From assembly GCA_049970015.1 (NCBI GenBank), contig JBMFNT010000006.1, forward strand, positions 8,637 to 34,077: a stretch of 25,441 nt of DNA, given 5' to 3'. The notes under the pieces were generated by a model that was not told the origin of the DNA, did not search any database, and worked only from the letters and a program-made list of their open reading frames with translations. Below are positions 16,872-25,441 of this stretch, in pieces. Both the position numbers and the translations under genes were made by a program. The stretch's first letter is position 1. Every line of letters starts with the position of its first letter. This stretch comes from Candidatus Micrarchaeia archaeon. Its GTDB lineage: Archaea > Micrarchaeota > Micrarchaeia > CAILAH01.

Positions 16872-19800
16872 ATGCAGAGTAAGCAATTTGTTTTCATGTT
16901 CATACTATTGCTCGCTATTGCATTGGCGGGTTGTTTTGAGAAGACGCTGCCATTGCCACAGAAGAAAGCCATGCTCGAATCATCAAAGACCTCTGATATA
17001 GATAAGGATGGAATACCTGATGAATGGTATTATTCATATAAACCAGAGACACTGGATGGGTTCAAAATGAAAAGGGAGATATATATACAAGGCATGACCA
17101 GAAACCCCTCGTTTGCACCGCAGAAATATTATGTAAGGAATGAGCAAAAGGCAGAAGAATATTACAATCAGCTTACACTGGTAGCAACACTTGTTCCGCA
17201 GTGTACATATGCTATAGATGAGGTTATCCCATGTGGCAGTGTTGAGGAATGCCATAACCTCTGTGCAGCAAAGGTAAGGTGCAACAATGGTCTCAACAAA
17301 TATCCTGGGCTTAATGCATCCATTTATGAACTCTCGGTAGGCATCTCAAACATAAGGGAAAATGCACTGAGGTTCAGGACGCTTATCGCATCAAAAAGCA
17401 GCCTCTCACAAGCAGAACTTGAAAGCATTCTCACGGGTCGTGATACACTGGTAGGTTCAATTAATAAACTGCTTTCAAATGATATATTCACAAACCTTCT
17501 CTGCTCTCCAACAGAACTTGAAAGGACTCTTATAATGCTTGAGTCAATTGAAGACATGTATCAGCTTGACACGCAGAAGACAGAATCACAGTATGTTGAT
17601 GCATACACAACCTATAAAATAATCTCAAAAACCTCATTTTCATATGACGAGAATGCTGTTGTAGAAATTGATGAACCCATACCTCAATCTTTTGCGCCAA
17701 GCAGGGCAAGCATTACGTTTATAACGCCGCCCAAGTATGTCTCAGATTCTGTGCCAATAACTGCAAGATACTTAGTTTCTTTCAAGAAAGTAGAGCAAAC
17801 CAAGGCAGACATTGCGTATGAGGTGGAAACATCATCAAATGGTTGGGCAGATGATGTTGGCGCAATAACATACCCCTCAGGGACAATTCGTATTCTTGAG
17901 CTTGAGTCTTTTGGCCCATATGTTTTATTCCAGAATATATTCTATGGCACGCTCAACTTTCTTAGGCAGTATATCGGGTTTGGCTTTGCAATAAGCATTA
18001 CTGTGTTCATAACATTGCTTATTCTATACCTTTTTGTCACGCTGGTCAGGATTGTATATAGTGTTTTTATTAGCATGGGCCGTCATGAGTCATTGAAGGA
18101 GGCGCTTTACAGGGTTGCTGGGCATGGAGGAAAAGGCAGGCTTGAACTGTTTGCACTTGCGGTAATATCACTTGTGGTTGGTTTCTATGTCATAAGGAGT
18201 GCAGGTGAACCGGTTGGCGAGAATATACTACTAATACTTGCGAGCAATAACAGTCTTCTTGTCGGTACATTGGTGTTTTCAATAGGTTTCTTCTCCCTAT
18301 ATTTCATAACATCAGATGTGGTGAAAGGGATTATACTAGGCCCAAGGTATTTCCGTGCACCAACAATAGTAGGTGTTCGAAAGGTAGTGGTGGAGAAGGA
18401 GCTTAAGGAGGAGCTTGATAAGATGCGTATGTCCTTGCTTAAGCTTGAGGAAGATGCAAAGGTGTCAGGCATTACGCTTCCAGCAGGGAATGTTGAGGAG
18501 TTTATGCAGGTTTTGGAAGTTGCCGAAAAGATGGTAAACGAGGGCAAGCTTGATGAAGCGGAAGCATACATGAGCAAGCATGTAAGGAAGAAATATACTG
18601 CCCTACACGAGCAGCTTTCAGTGGGTATAAACCTACAAACAATAGTTTCTAAGATGCGTGGTGAGATTGAGGATGAAATAAGTCACATTGAACAGATATA
18701 CAGGAAGGCAAAGTCATATGACATAGGCTTTGAATGGGTTGACTGGCGTGGCAGGGCAGACAAGTATAATGATGTGATAAAATCAGCAGGGTATGATGGT
18801 GCAAAGAGGTATCTTGCCGAGTTATTGCAGGAATTGAGGAAGGAGGCAAGCTCAATACAAAATAAAATATCAGAAGTTGAGCACTTGCGACTTTCAAGGT
18901 TTCCATGCCCAGTCTGCGGCAACATGACAAGCCTTGCACATGAAGAGTGCGAGAAGTGTGGTGTTTCGCTTAAGGAAGGATTCTTGGGAAGGCTTGATGA
19001 CCTTAAACATGAGCTTGAATCTGTTGCAATGGAGCTGCACGAGAAAAAGATAGTGCGCAGTGAGAAGATAATCTCTTCTACTGAGACATTACTCTCACAT
19101 CTACAGGAGAACATAAATACAGGTAAGTATGACAAGGCGGCCGAGCTTATCCCAACAATAAGCGAGAAGATGAAACATCTACAGGAAGTGCTGGGGAAGG
19201 TGGTTGCACTTGAGGTTGAATGCTCAAACTATGAAAACGAAATTAAGAGGTATACTTCCGAGATACCTGTACTGCTTGATGAGGCAAAAAGCTACGGGAT
19301 AGATGTTTCGCAGTATGAAAAGCGCTTTGTATCTTTGAACAATGAGAGCAGATCGCTTGAGATTTCCAAGCTTCCAGTTGAAGAGGCATACCAGAAGTTA
19401 AAGGAGTTTGTTGAGTTCTATGGGCAGGTGGAGTCTTCAGTAAAGGTCCTTATATCAAAGTACAAGCTGTCTGTCAACGCTGTGGAGCAGATAAACACCC
19501 TATTCACAGAAATATCTAAGAATATAACTCGTGCGAAAGGCTTTGGTCTTGAAGTGAGCGAATATACCAGGCGCCTTTCTGAAATCAACATTGATGTATT
19601 CATGGATGAGATTGAGAAAGGAGGCGTTGATGAGAAGGACCTTCTCTCAATGGTTGACATGCTAAACAGCATGGGGGAAGAGCTCAAGAAGAAGCTTCTT
19701 TTTGTGCAACAGTTCGGAGAAAGTATAGCGCGCTTGGAGGAGAAGGTATCCAATGCAAAGGCGCTTGCCGATGAGTGCAAGGGAAAGGGGCTGTACCCGT

Positions 19801-20522
19801 ATGATGAGATGGAATTTCTTTACGCCCCGGGCATTAACAGGCTGAAAGAAAGATTACGCACATTGAAGCTTGATGAAATCGATGCCATACGGAGTGAGAT
19901 TGCACGCATAGACACAAACCTGTCTAATGTAATATTCAACCTTCGCAAGAAACGTGACATTCTCTCATTATGGCCTTCATGGAAATCAACAATACAGAAT
20001 ATCCTGAAGAAGCAGGATTATGTTGAACCATCTTCAGTTTCTACAATACCACCTGAGTGGAGACCGTGGGCGTTTGAAAGATTTGTCGAGGAAACAGATA
20101 TTCCAGTAGCCCTTGAGGCCAACCGCATAGTCAAGCTAAAATCACTGAAGGGTATAAGCAAGAGCGATATAGACCAAGTCCTTGATGAGATGATAGCAAG
20201 TGGGAAGATACAAAGCGGGATGATATTGCGTAAGGATGGTCTCGTTATAAGCTCTCGGATGCCAGAAGGCATAGATTCTGAGCATGTGGCCGCAATGACC
20301 GCACGCGCAATGCAGAAATCAGTTTCCGCATCATCCAGCTTTGGAAAGGGTGATGTGCAATATGTAATGTTCGGTGGAAGCAGTGGCCGGCTGGTTATGG
20401 TGCGCGCCGGTGATCAAGCAATCGTGCTTGCAATCATAAAACCTGAGGAAGACCTGGGCTTTGTAATACTTTCTCTAAAGAATATGGGCGATAAAGTTGC
20501 CAATCTGATAGAAAAACTATGA
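16872..20522 (+). CDS. Large membrane protein: lipoprotein signal, Cys-rich ectodomain, 3 TM, coiled coils, Zn ribbon, C-terminal Roadblock/LC7 (MglB-like) domain
   Basis: LAGC lipobox after ATG 16872; DIDKDGIPD; TM cluster about 17970-18320; CPVCG..CEKCG; C-terminal ...MILRKDGLVISS..VAAMTA...DLGFVILSLK. Confidence 0.85.
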   Translation: MQSKQFVFMFILLLAIALAGCFEKTLPLPQKKAMLESSKTSDIDKDGIPDEWYYSYKPETLDGFKMKREIYIQGMTRNPSFAPQKYYVRNEQKAEEYYNQLTLVATLVPQCTYAIDEVIPCGSVEECHNLCAAKVRCNNGLNKYPGLNASIYELSVGISNIRENALRFRTLIASKSSLSQAELESILTGRDTLVGSINKLLSNDIFTNLLCSPTELERTLIMLESIEDMYQLDTQKTESQYVDAYTTYKIISKTSFSYDENAVVEIDEPIPQSFAPSRASITFITPPKYVSDSVPITARYLVSFKKVEQTKADIAYEVETSSNGWADDVGAITYPSGTIRILELESFGPYVLFQNIFYGTLNFLRQYIGFGFAISITVFITLLILYLFVTLVRIVYSVFISMGRHESLKEALYRVAGHGGKGRLELFALAVISLVVGFYVIRSAGEPVGENILLILASNNSLLVGTLVFSIGFFSLYFITSDVVKGIILGPRYFRAPTIVGVRKVVVEKELKEELDKMRMSLLKLEEDAKVSGITLPAGNVEEFMQVLEVAEKMVNEGKLDEAEAYMSKHVRKKYTALHEQLSVGINLQTIVSKMRGEIEDEISHIEQIYRKAKSYDIGFEWVDWRGRADKYNDVIKSAGYDGAKRYLAELLQELRKEASSIQNKISEVEHLRLSRFPCPVCGNMTSLAHEECEKCGVSLKEGFLGRLDDLKHELESVAMELHEKKIVRSEKIISSTETLLSHLQENINTGKYDKAAELIPTISEKMKHLQEVLGKVVALEVECSNYENEIKRYTSEIPVLLDEAKSYGIDVSQYEKRFVSLNNESRSLEISKLPVEEAYQKLKEFVEFYGQVESSVKVLISKYKLSVNAVEQINTLFTEISKNITRAKGFGLEVSEYTRRLSEINIDVFMDEIEKGGVDEKDLLSMVDMLNSMGEELKKKLLFVQQFGESIARLEEKVSNAKALADECKGKGLYPYDEMEFLYAPGINRLKERLRTLKLDEIDAIRSEIARIDTNLSNVIFNLRKKRDILSLWPSWKSTIQNILKKQDYVEPSSVSTIPPEWRPWAFERFVEETDIPVALEANRIVKLKSLKGISKSDIDQVLDEMIASGKIQSGMILRKDGLVISSRMPEGIDSEHVAAMTARAMQKSVSASSSFGKGDVQYVMFGGSSGRLVMVRAGDQAIVLAIIKPEEDLGFVILSLKNMGDKVANLIEKL

Positions 20523-21230
20523 AGAGCACCTGAAGAAATCAAGCACGTTTCTTGAAGTGATAATCTCAACTTCCCTTTCCATCATTTGTTTTACTTCTGC
20601 AATTATACTTATTGACCTTATCACATCATCAGGGGTTTTTCCGACATATGGTGCATCAGTCTCAGCAACAAGATTTGATATATTTACACTCTCAATTACC
20701 TTCTCTCTCTCTTTCCCTTTGACAGGTGGTATAGATATGTACCATCCCCTATCTATAATCTCCATAGCATCATTAACACTCCCACTGTAAAAATGAAACA
20801 TAACACCATAATCAAACTTGCTAAGCATATCTATGCATTCCTTTACAGCATTGCGCGAGTGTATAACCAGTGGTTTTTCAAACTCTTCAGCAATAGCAAT
20901 TTGCCTCATAAAACCCTCTCTCTGCATTCTTTTCTTTAGTTCATCACCAGCCCAGTAGAAGTCCAGACCTATCTCTCCAATTCCATCAACCACATATTCA
21001 TTTTCAATTATCTTTTGCAGTTCATTTACTTGCCAGATATTCCTATCCAGCATACATTTCTGGGGGCTTACACCAATTACGCAATACAGCTTATCATAAA
21101 ACTCCTTTTTCATGCTGATTGCTCTCAAGCTTGATTCCAGGTCATAACTGCAGTTTGCAATCTTCTCCAGTTTACAACCTTTCACATCATAATCTCCCAT
21201 GTCCATAAGATGGCAGTGTGCATCTATCAC
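20517..21230 (-). CDS. tatD: TatD-family nuclease
   Basis: IDAHCHL, GIGEIGLDF, VIHSR, FHFYSG, ETDAPY. Confidence 0.92.
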   Translation of the reverse strand: MIDAHCHLMDMGDYDVKGCKLEKIANCSYDLESSLRAISMKKEFYDKLYCVIGVSPQKCMLDRNIWQVNELQKIIENEYVVDGIGEIGLDFYWAGDELKKRMQREGFMRQIAIAEEFEKPLVIHSRNAVKECIDMLSKFDYGVMFHFYSGSVNDAMEIIDRGWYISIPPVKGKEREKVIESVNISNLVAETDAPYVGKTPDDVIRSISIIAEVKQMMEREVEIITSRNVLDFFRCSS

Positions 21231-21273
21231 ATATGGATTTTATTTATAATACTTTTTTAACTTAAGATTAGAC

Positions 21274-21666
21274 ATGAGCACAACGTTTTCCACGATGAAA
21301 GAGCTTAAGCCTGGAAAGTATGTGATGATAGATGGTGAGCCATGTAAGGTTGTTGAGGTAGAGTCTTCAAAACCTGGAAAGCACGGGTCAGCAAAAATGC
21401 GTGTGGTCGGCATAGGTATATTCGATTCGCAAAAGCGTACATTATTCGGTTCTGTGGATGATGATGTAGAAGTCCCGGTGATAGAGCGTAAGCGTGGCCA
21501 GGTCATTACAGTGAGTGGTAGCAGTGCACAGATAATGGACACATCAACATATGAATCTTTCGATATTGCAATACCTGAGGATATGCTTTCGGAGGTTGAG
21601 CCTGGCAAAGAGGTTGATTACCTTGAAGCGCTTGGCAGAAGGATATTAACACGTGTCGGCAAGTAG
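21274..21666 (+). CDS. eif5A: Translation factor aIF5A
   Basis: SKPGKHGSAK hypusination loop. Confidence 0.96.
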   Translation: MSTTFSTMKELKPGKYVMIDGEPCKVVEVESSKPGKHGSAKMRVVGIGIFDSQKRTLFGSVDDDVEVPVIERKRGQVITVSGSSAQIMDTSTYESFDIAIPEDMLSEVEPGKEVDYLEALGRRILTRVGK

Positions 21667-21675
21667 GTGTTTAAG

Positions 21676-21996
21676 ATGGACCTTGAGATTGAGAATAAAA
21701 CAATAAACCCTTTGTTCAACAGGGTGGAAATCACTTTTAGGGTAAAGCATGATGCAGAAACCCCCTCCAGGGCAATGATCATAAAAGAGGTTGCTAAGGC
21801 GCTCAATGTGGATGAATCTCTCATAATCATTGATTATATAAGGCAGCCTTTCGGTATGAAGATGTGTTATGGCCGTGCAAAAGTATACAAATCAGAGAAA
21901 GATATGGCCATTGAGCGAAAGCACCTTATCGAGAGGGCAAGAAAATCTTTGGGAAAAGGGAAGGAGGAGACAAAGGCTGAAGGGGAGAAGAAATAG
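21676..21996 (+). CDS. rps24e: 30S ribosomal protein S24e
   Basis: NPLFNRVE, TPSR, FG...GRAKVY; GGTG RBS before ATG 21676. Confidence 0.92.
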   Translation: MDLEIENKTINPLFNRVEITFRVKHDAETPSRAMIIKEVAKALNVDESLIIIDYIRQPFGMKMCYGRAKVYKSEKDMAIERKHLIERARKSLGKGKEETKAEGEKK

Positions 21997-22035
21997 GGGT
22001 AATACAGCATTACTGTTCTTGAGAGGTTAATGCGT

Positions 22036-22176
22036 ATGGCAGAAAAAAAGAAAAAACCACGTGTGTATAAGAAAGGGCGTGACTGTCCGCGGTGCGGTGC
22101 CGGGGTTAAGCTTGCAGAGCACAAGGATAGGTACTCGTGCGGAAAGTGCGGCTATTATGAAAAAAGAAAACAGTAG
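22036..22176 (+). CDS. rps27ae: 30S ribosomal protein S27ae (46 aa; not in the ORF track)
   Basis: [46 protein letters not shown]; conserved position after rps24e. Confidence 0.93.
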   Translation: MAEKKKKPRVYKKGRDCPRCGAGVKLAEHKDRYSCGKCGYYEKRKQ

Positions 22177-22909
22177 TTGCTTCATATACGAACACAAGAG
22201 GCAATTACTCTCTTTTCTTGTATCTTGCATTGTGGTTTTGGCATCCGCAGCATTTGCATGGTTCTCTAAATATAACATATTCATATTTTCAGTCCCGCTT
22301 GCGATTGCAGCTGTGTGGATGCTGCGCAGGCAGGCATGTGTACTATTCCTGTTATTCTTTGCAATGCTTTTCTCGGTGCTTATGGCATACGTACCGTACT
22401 TCACACCAATCCTGCTATCCTTCCTGATGCTTGTGTTTCCCATCTATGTTCTTGTGCGCTCAGGGCAAAGGGATATAGTTCATGAGATTGGGCTTGGTGG
22501 GGGCATCATACGTGCGCTAGTACTTTCATTTGCATTTCTTATACCTGCTGTTATACTTGTGTTCCTACTTTCTTACGCATCATCTTACTTTGGTGTTGAT
22601 GACTCTGCCACCGTTGCTGAAAAGATAACCTCTCTCCCTTCTTATATACTATTTTATGCACTTACACTAGGCCCGATTGCAGAAGAGGTATTCTTTCGCT
22701 CATTCCTTCCCAGGTACATCCATCCAATACTAGCAAACCTGGTGTTTGCATTAGCGCATGTCACATACGGTTCTTATATCGAAATTCTTGGAGCATTTGT
22801 ACTAGGCATTTATTTGTACATTACTTTTAAGTTAAGCAAAGACTTAAAGGTTGCAATCTTTCTTCACACAATAATAAATGCAGTTTCAATATATGTGATG
22901 GTGAGTTGA
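22157..22909 (+). CDS. CPBP (Abi/CAAX type II) intramembrane protease
   Basis: [17 protein letters not shown] motifs; real start ATG 22157 overlaps the end of rps27ae. Confidence 0.87.
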   Translation: MKKENSSCFIYEHKRQLLSFLVSCIVVLASAAFAWFSKYNIFIFSVPLAIAAVWMLRRQACVLFLLFFAMLFSVLMAYVPYFTPILLSFLMLVFPIYVLVRSGQRDIVHEIGLGGGIIRALVLSFAFLIPAVILVFLLSYASSYFGVDDSATVAEKITSLPSYILFYALTLGPIAEEVFFRSFLPRYIHPILANLVFALAHVTYGSYIEILGAFVLGIYLYITFKLSKDLKVAIFLHTIINAVSIYVMVS

Positions 22910-23880
22910 TGGCATGTCTGGGAATAGAGAGTACTGCGCACACGCTTGGCATAGGCATCTATGATGAGAAAGAAAGGAAGGTGCTCTCAAACAGCTTTAA
23001 AACATATTCTCAGATGTTTGGTGGGATGAAACCATCAGATGCTGCAGAACACCATTCCCTAAACTTTTATGAAGTGCTGTCTGATTCACTAAAAAATGCT
23101 GGCATTGACAAGAGAGATATATCACTCATTGGATACTCAAAAGGGCCTGGAATGGCACAGTGCCTGCGCATATCCCGTACAGGTGCAGTAATGATATCTT
23201 CGCTTCTCGGTGCGAGAGTAATTCCTGTTCATCACAGCATTGCACACATTGAGATAGGAAAGTTTGAATGTAATATGGAAGATCCGCTCGTGATTTATGT
23301 GAGTGGAGGCAATACACAGTTACTCGTAAAAAAAGATAATAGATATGTAGTGTTAGGGGAAACATTAGATATAGGGCTGGGCAATGCAATAGATATGCTT
23401 GCGCGTGGGATGCACCTAGAGCATGCACATGGAAGTATGATAGAGCAGATTGCGAAATCTGGGAAGTATATAGAAATGCCTTATACTGTGAAAGGAATGG
23501 ATGCTGCATTCTCAGGACTTCTTACAAAAAGCATTGAACTTCTGAAAACTCATCCAAAGGAAGATGTGGCATTTTCTTTTCAGGAGCATGCGTTTGCAAT
23601 GCTGTGCGAGACTGCAGAGCGTGCTCTCATGCTGACAAAACGAAAAGAGGTTCTGCTCTGTGGTGGCGTAGCACAAAATGCCAGGTTGCAGCAGATGGTG
23701 CGGGCAATGTGCGATGAGAACAATGTGAAGTTTGGCGTGCCAAGAAATGAGTACAACCGCGATAACGGGGCAATGATTGCATACACTGCACATTACCTAT
23801 ATCACAAGTACACAGGCCACTACCCAGATAGTGAAATTACAGTTAGGCCCAAGTACAGGATAGAAACAGTACCTGCCTGA
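22906..23880 (+). CDS. kae1: KEOPS subunit Kae1 (t6A synthase), not fused to Bud32
   Basis: GIESTAHT, HHSIAHIE, YVSGGNTQ, GETLDIGLGN, GGVAQN, DNGAMIA. Confidence 0.95.
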   Translation: MMACLGIESTAHTLGIGIYDEKERKVLSNSFKTYSQMFGGMKPSDAAEHHSLNFYEVLSDSLKNAGIDKRDISLIGYSKGPGMAQCLRISRTGAVMISSLLGARVIPVHHSIAHIEIGKFECNMEDPLVIYVSGGNTQLLVKKDNRYVVLGETLDIGLGNAIDMLARGMHLEHAHGSMIEQIAKSGKYIEMPYTVKGMDAAFSGLLTKSIELLKTHPKEDVAFSFQEHAFAMLCETAERALMLTKRKEVLLCGGVAQNARLQQMVRAMCDENNVKFGVPRNEYNRDNGAMIAYTAHYLYHKYTGHYPDSEITVRPKYRIETVPA

Positions 23881-24083
23881 TTCATAAGCTTTTGGCAAGT
23901 ACACAGGCCACTACCCAGATAGTGAAATTACAGTTAGGCCCAAGTACAGGATAGAAACAGTACCTGCCTGATTCATAAGCTTTTGGCAAGTACACAGGCC
24001 ACTACCCAGATAGTGAAATTACAGTTAGGCCCAAGTACAGGATAGAAACAGTGCCTGCCTGATTCATAAGCTTTTGACAAGTA
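23805..24083 (+). repeat. Three-copy 91-bp tandem repeat of the kae1 3' end
   Basis: Units start at 23805, 23896 and 23987, bounded by CAAGTA microhomology (also at 24078); two mismatches in copy 3. Confidence 0.95.
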
Positions 24084-24146
24084 ATGATAATCGTCCAGGC
24101 CGAGCGTTCCAAAATGTTTTTATACTATACAACCCTATAACAATTT

Positions 24147-24617
24147 ATGAGAGCATATAACTCAATAAAGGATCTTGGGTTAGAGGTCCGAGTTAAACAG
24201 CAGATCCCCAAACATGAGCTTGCAAGGATAAAGGAATGTCTTGAAAGCAAAGAGCCTCTGATACGCAGAGCAGCGGCATATGTATTAAGTGAGGCATTAG
24301 ACCCAGGGACATCAGATATTGTGATTTCTGCGCTATCAAAAGAAGGAAATGTTGATGTTTCCCTGCTTCTTGTATCAGCAGCTGCAGGTCTTAATGATAG
24401 GCGCGCTGTGGATCACATAGTATCCCTGATGCGTTATAACATTGATAATGAGACAGTTGTTCTCCATTCAATACTTGCACTGAAACACCTAAAAGATAGA
24501 CGGGCCTTGCCAGCACTTTTAAAATTACAGGAAAACTTCAAATATCAATGTGGGTGGGAGCATACTAAGGAGATTTTGAACAATGTTATCACCTACCTAT
24601 TTGAAGAAGGAATTTAA
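24147..24617 (+). CDS. HEAT-repeat (PBS lyase-like) protein
   Basis: EPLIRRAAAYVLSE, AAAGLNDRRAVDHIV and ALKHLKDRRALPALL helical repeats. Confidence 0.75.
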   Translation: MRAYNSIKDLGLEVRVKQQIPKHELARIKECLESKEPLIRRAAAYVLSEALDPGTSDIVISALSKEGNVDVSLLLVSAAAGLNDRRAVDHIVSLMRYNIDNETVVLHSILALKHLKDRRALPALLKLQENFKYQCGWEHTKEILNNVITYLFEEGI

Positions 24618-24639
24618 CATTTTATAACTAATTATTTCT

Positions 24640-25191
24640 ATGAAGCCAATCACAGCAAGAATCAACCCTAACATGATAACAGTGGCCTCACTTTTATTTG
24701 CTGCTGTAGCCACATACTCTATATATTCCGGCGAACTGTTTATTGGTATCATATTTGTTGGGTTTGCATTTGCAGCTGATGCGCTTGATGGAATGGTTGC
24801 GCGTGCACAGGGAAGGGCAACCCCACTTGGCGCATACCTGGATGGTATGATCGACCGCATAGTTGAAATGTTTATACTTATTGCAATGATGACACTTGTA
24901 TGGCCATACCAATGGCTCGGCCAGCTCTCAATACTTCTGCTCCTATGTTTTGGTACATTCCTAACATCTTTCTCTAAGGCGTATGCAGACCATAGGAAAG
25001 TTCTCAAGCAGGAAGAAATTTCAAAGATGGGCTGTGTATTTGAGAGGGCACCGCGCGTGTTGCTAATATTTGCTTCACTTATAATCTATGTTTACAATCC
25101 ATTATACTCGCTTTACTTGCTTTCTGCGGGTGGATTACTTTCCATTGTAGCATTTTTCCAGAGGTTTTGGTATGTATATGAGCATTCATAA
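24640..25191 (+). CDS. CDP-alcohol phosphatidyltransferase (archaeal phospholipid head-group synthase)
   Basis: PNMIT and DALDGMVAR...GAYLDGMIDRIVE. Confidence 0.9.
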   Translation: MKPITARINPNMITVASLLFAAVATYSIYSGELFIGIIFVGFAFAADALDGMVARAQGRATPLGAYLDGMIDRIVEMFILIAMMTLVWPYQWLGQLSILLLLCFGTFLTSFSKAYADHRKVLKQEEISKMGCVFERAPRVLLIFASLIIYVYNPLYSLYLLSAGGLLSIVAFFQRFWYVYEHS

Positions 25192-25336
25192 GGTGATATC
25201 ATGAGATACAGAATCAACACATTTGACACAATACCAGAGGTTGATGACCACAAATCATAGGGTGATATTATGAGATACAGATTGAGCACACCATGCAGGG
25301 GAAGCAATACATTTGATGCAATACCAGAAGGTGATG
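25186..25336 (+). repeat. Diverged tandem duplication of an RBS plus gene 5' end, producing a 19-aa mini-ORF (25201-25260)
   Basis: TCATAAGGTGATATCATGAGATACAGA vs TCATAGGGTGATATTATGAGATACAGA, then CAACACATTTGACACAATACCAGAGGTTGATG vs CAATACATTTGATGCAATACCAGAAGGTGATG. Confidence 0.8.
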
Positions 25337-25441
25337 TTGAGCTTACCCAGGAAAAGATGGTTGCGGTAATGCACAAGGCAGGTTATGAGATAAAGCTAAA
25401 AACAGATGTGCTTGTTATAGGAAAGAAAGATGATGTAGAGG
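25270..25441 (+). CDS. Hypothetical protein, 5' part (runs off the window)
   Basis: GGTGA RBS, then MRYRLSTPCRGSNTFDAIPEGDVELTQEKMVAVMHKAGYEIKLKTDVLVIGKKDDVE open to the window end. Confidence 0.7.
   Translation, partial: MRYRLSTPCRGSNTFDAIPEGDVELTQEKMVAVMHKAGYEIKLKTDVLVIGKKDDVE

Noticed and set aside
22061..22156. N-terminal extension of the CPBP ORF
   Set aside because: This region encodes rpS27ae in another frame.
23805..24083. Possible CRISPR array or DGR template/variable repeat
   Set aside because: Units are contiguous with no unique spacers, mismatches are not adenine-specific, and no cas or reverse transcriptase gene is present.

Overview
Compact archaeal chromosomal segment (aIF5A, rpS24e, rpS27ae, stand-alone Kae1, archaeal SRP RNA, class III signal-peptide genes). 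Gene content and compactness suggest a DPANN lineage such as Micrarchaeota, which is an inference. 1-10.5 kb is a lipoate/2-oxoacid dehydrogenase neighbourhood: sufS end, sufU, split lplB-lplA, E3, E2, E1beta, E1alpha, lipA, DUF3326 and an unannotated 55-aa ORF, interleaved with Yip1, VIT1-like and hypothetical genes. 10.5-14.9 kb is nucleotide metabolism: guanine-type deaminase, an AT-rich glyA-thyX block, rubredoxin, dcd. It is followed by two pilin-like genes, an ACT protein, tRNA-Ser(GCT), SRP RNA, a ~1200-aa lipoprotein/TM/coiled-coil/Zn-ribbon/Roadblock protein, TatD, a translation cluster with kae1, a HEAT protein and a CDP-alcohol phosphotransferase. Most notable: the membrane-spanning Roadblock fusion, three ~90-bp tandem duplications at gene boundaries, an SRP RNA apparently lacking helix 6, an E3 with an NADP-type fingerprint, and the DUF3326 + small ORF + lipA operon. 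No CRISPR, transposase, integrase or reverse transcriptase was seen.
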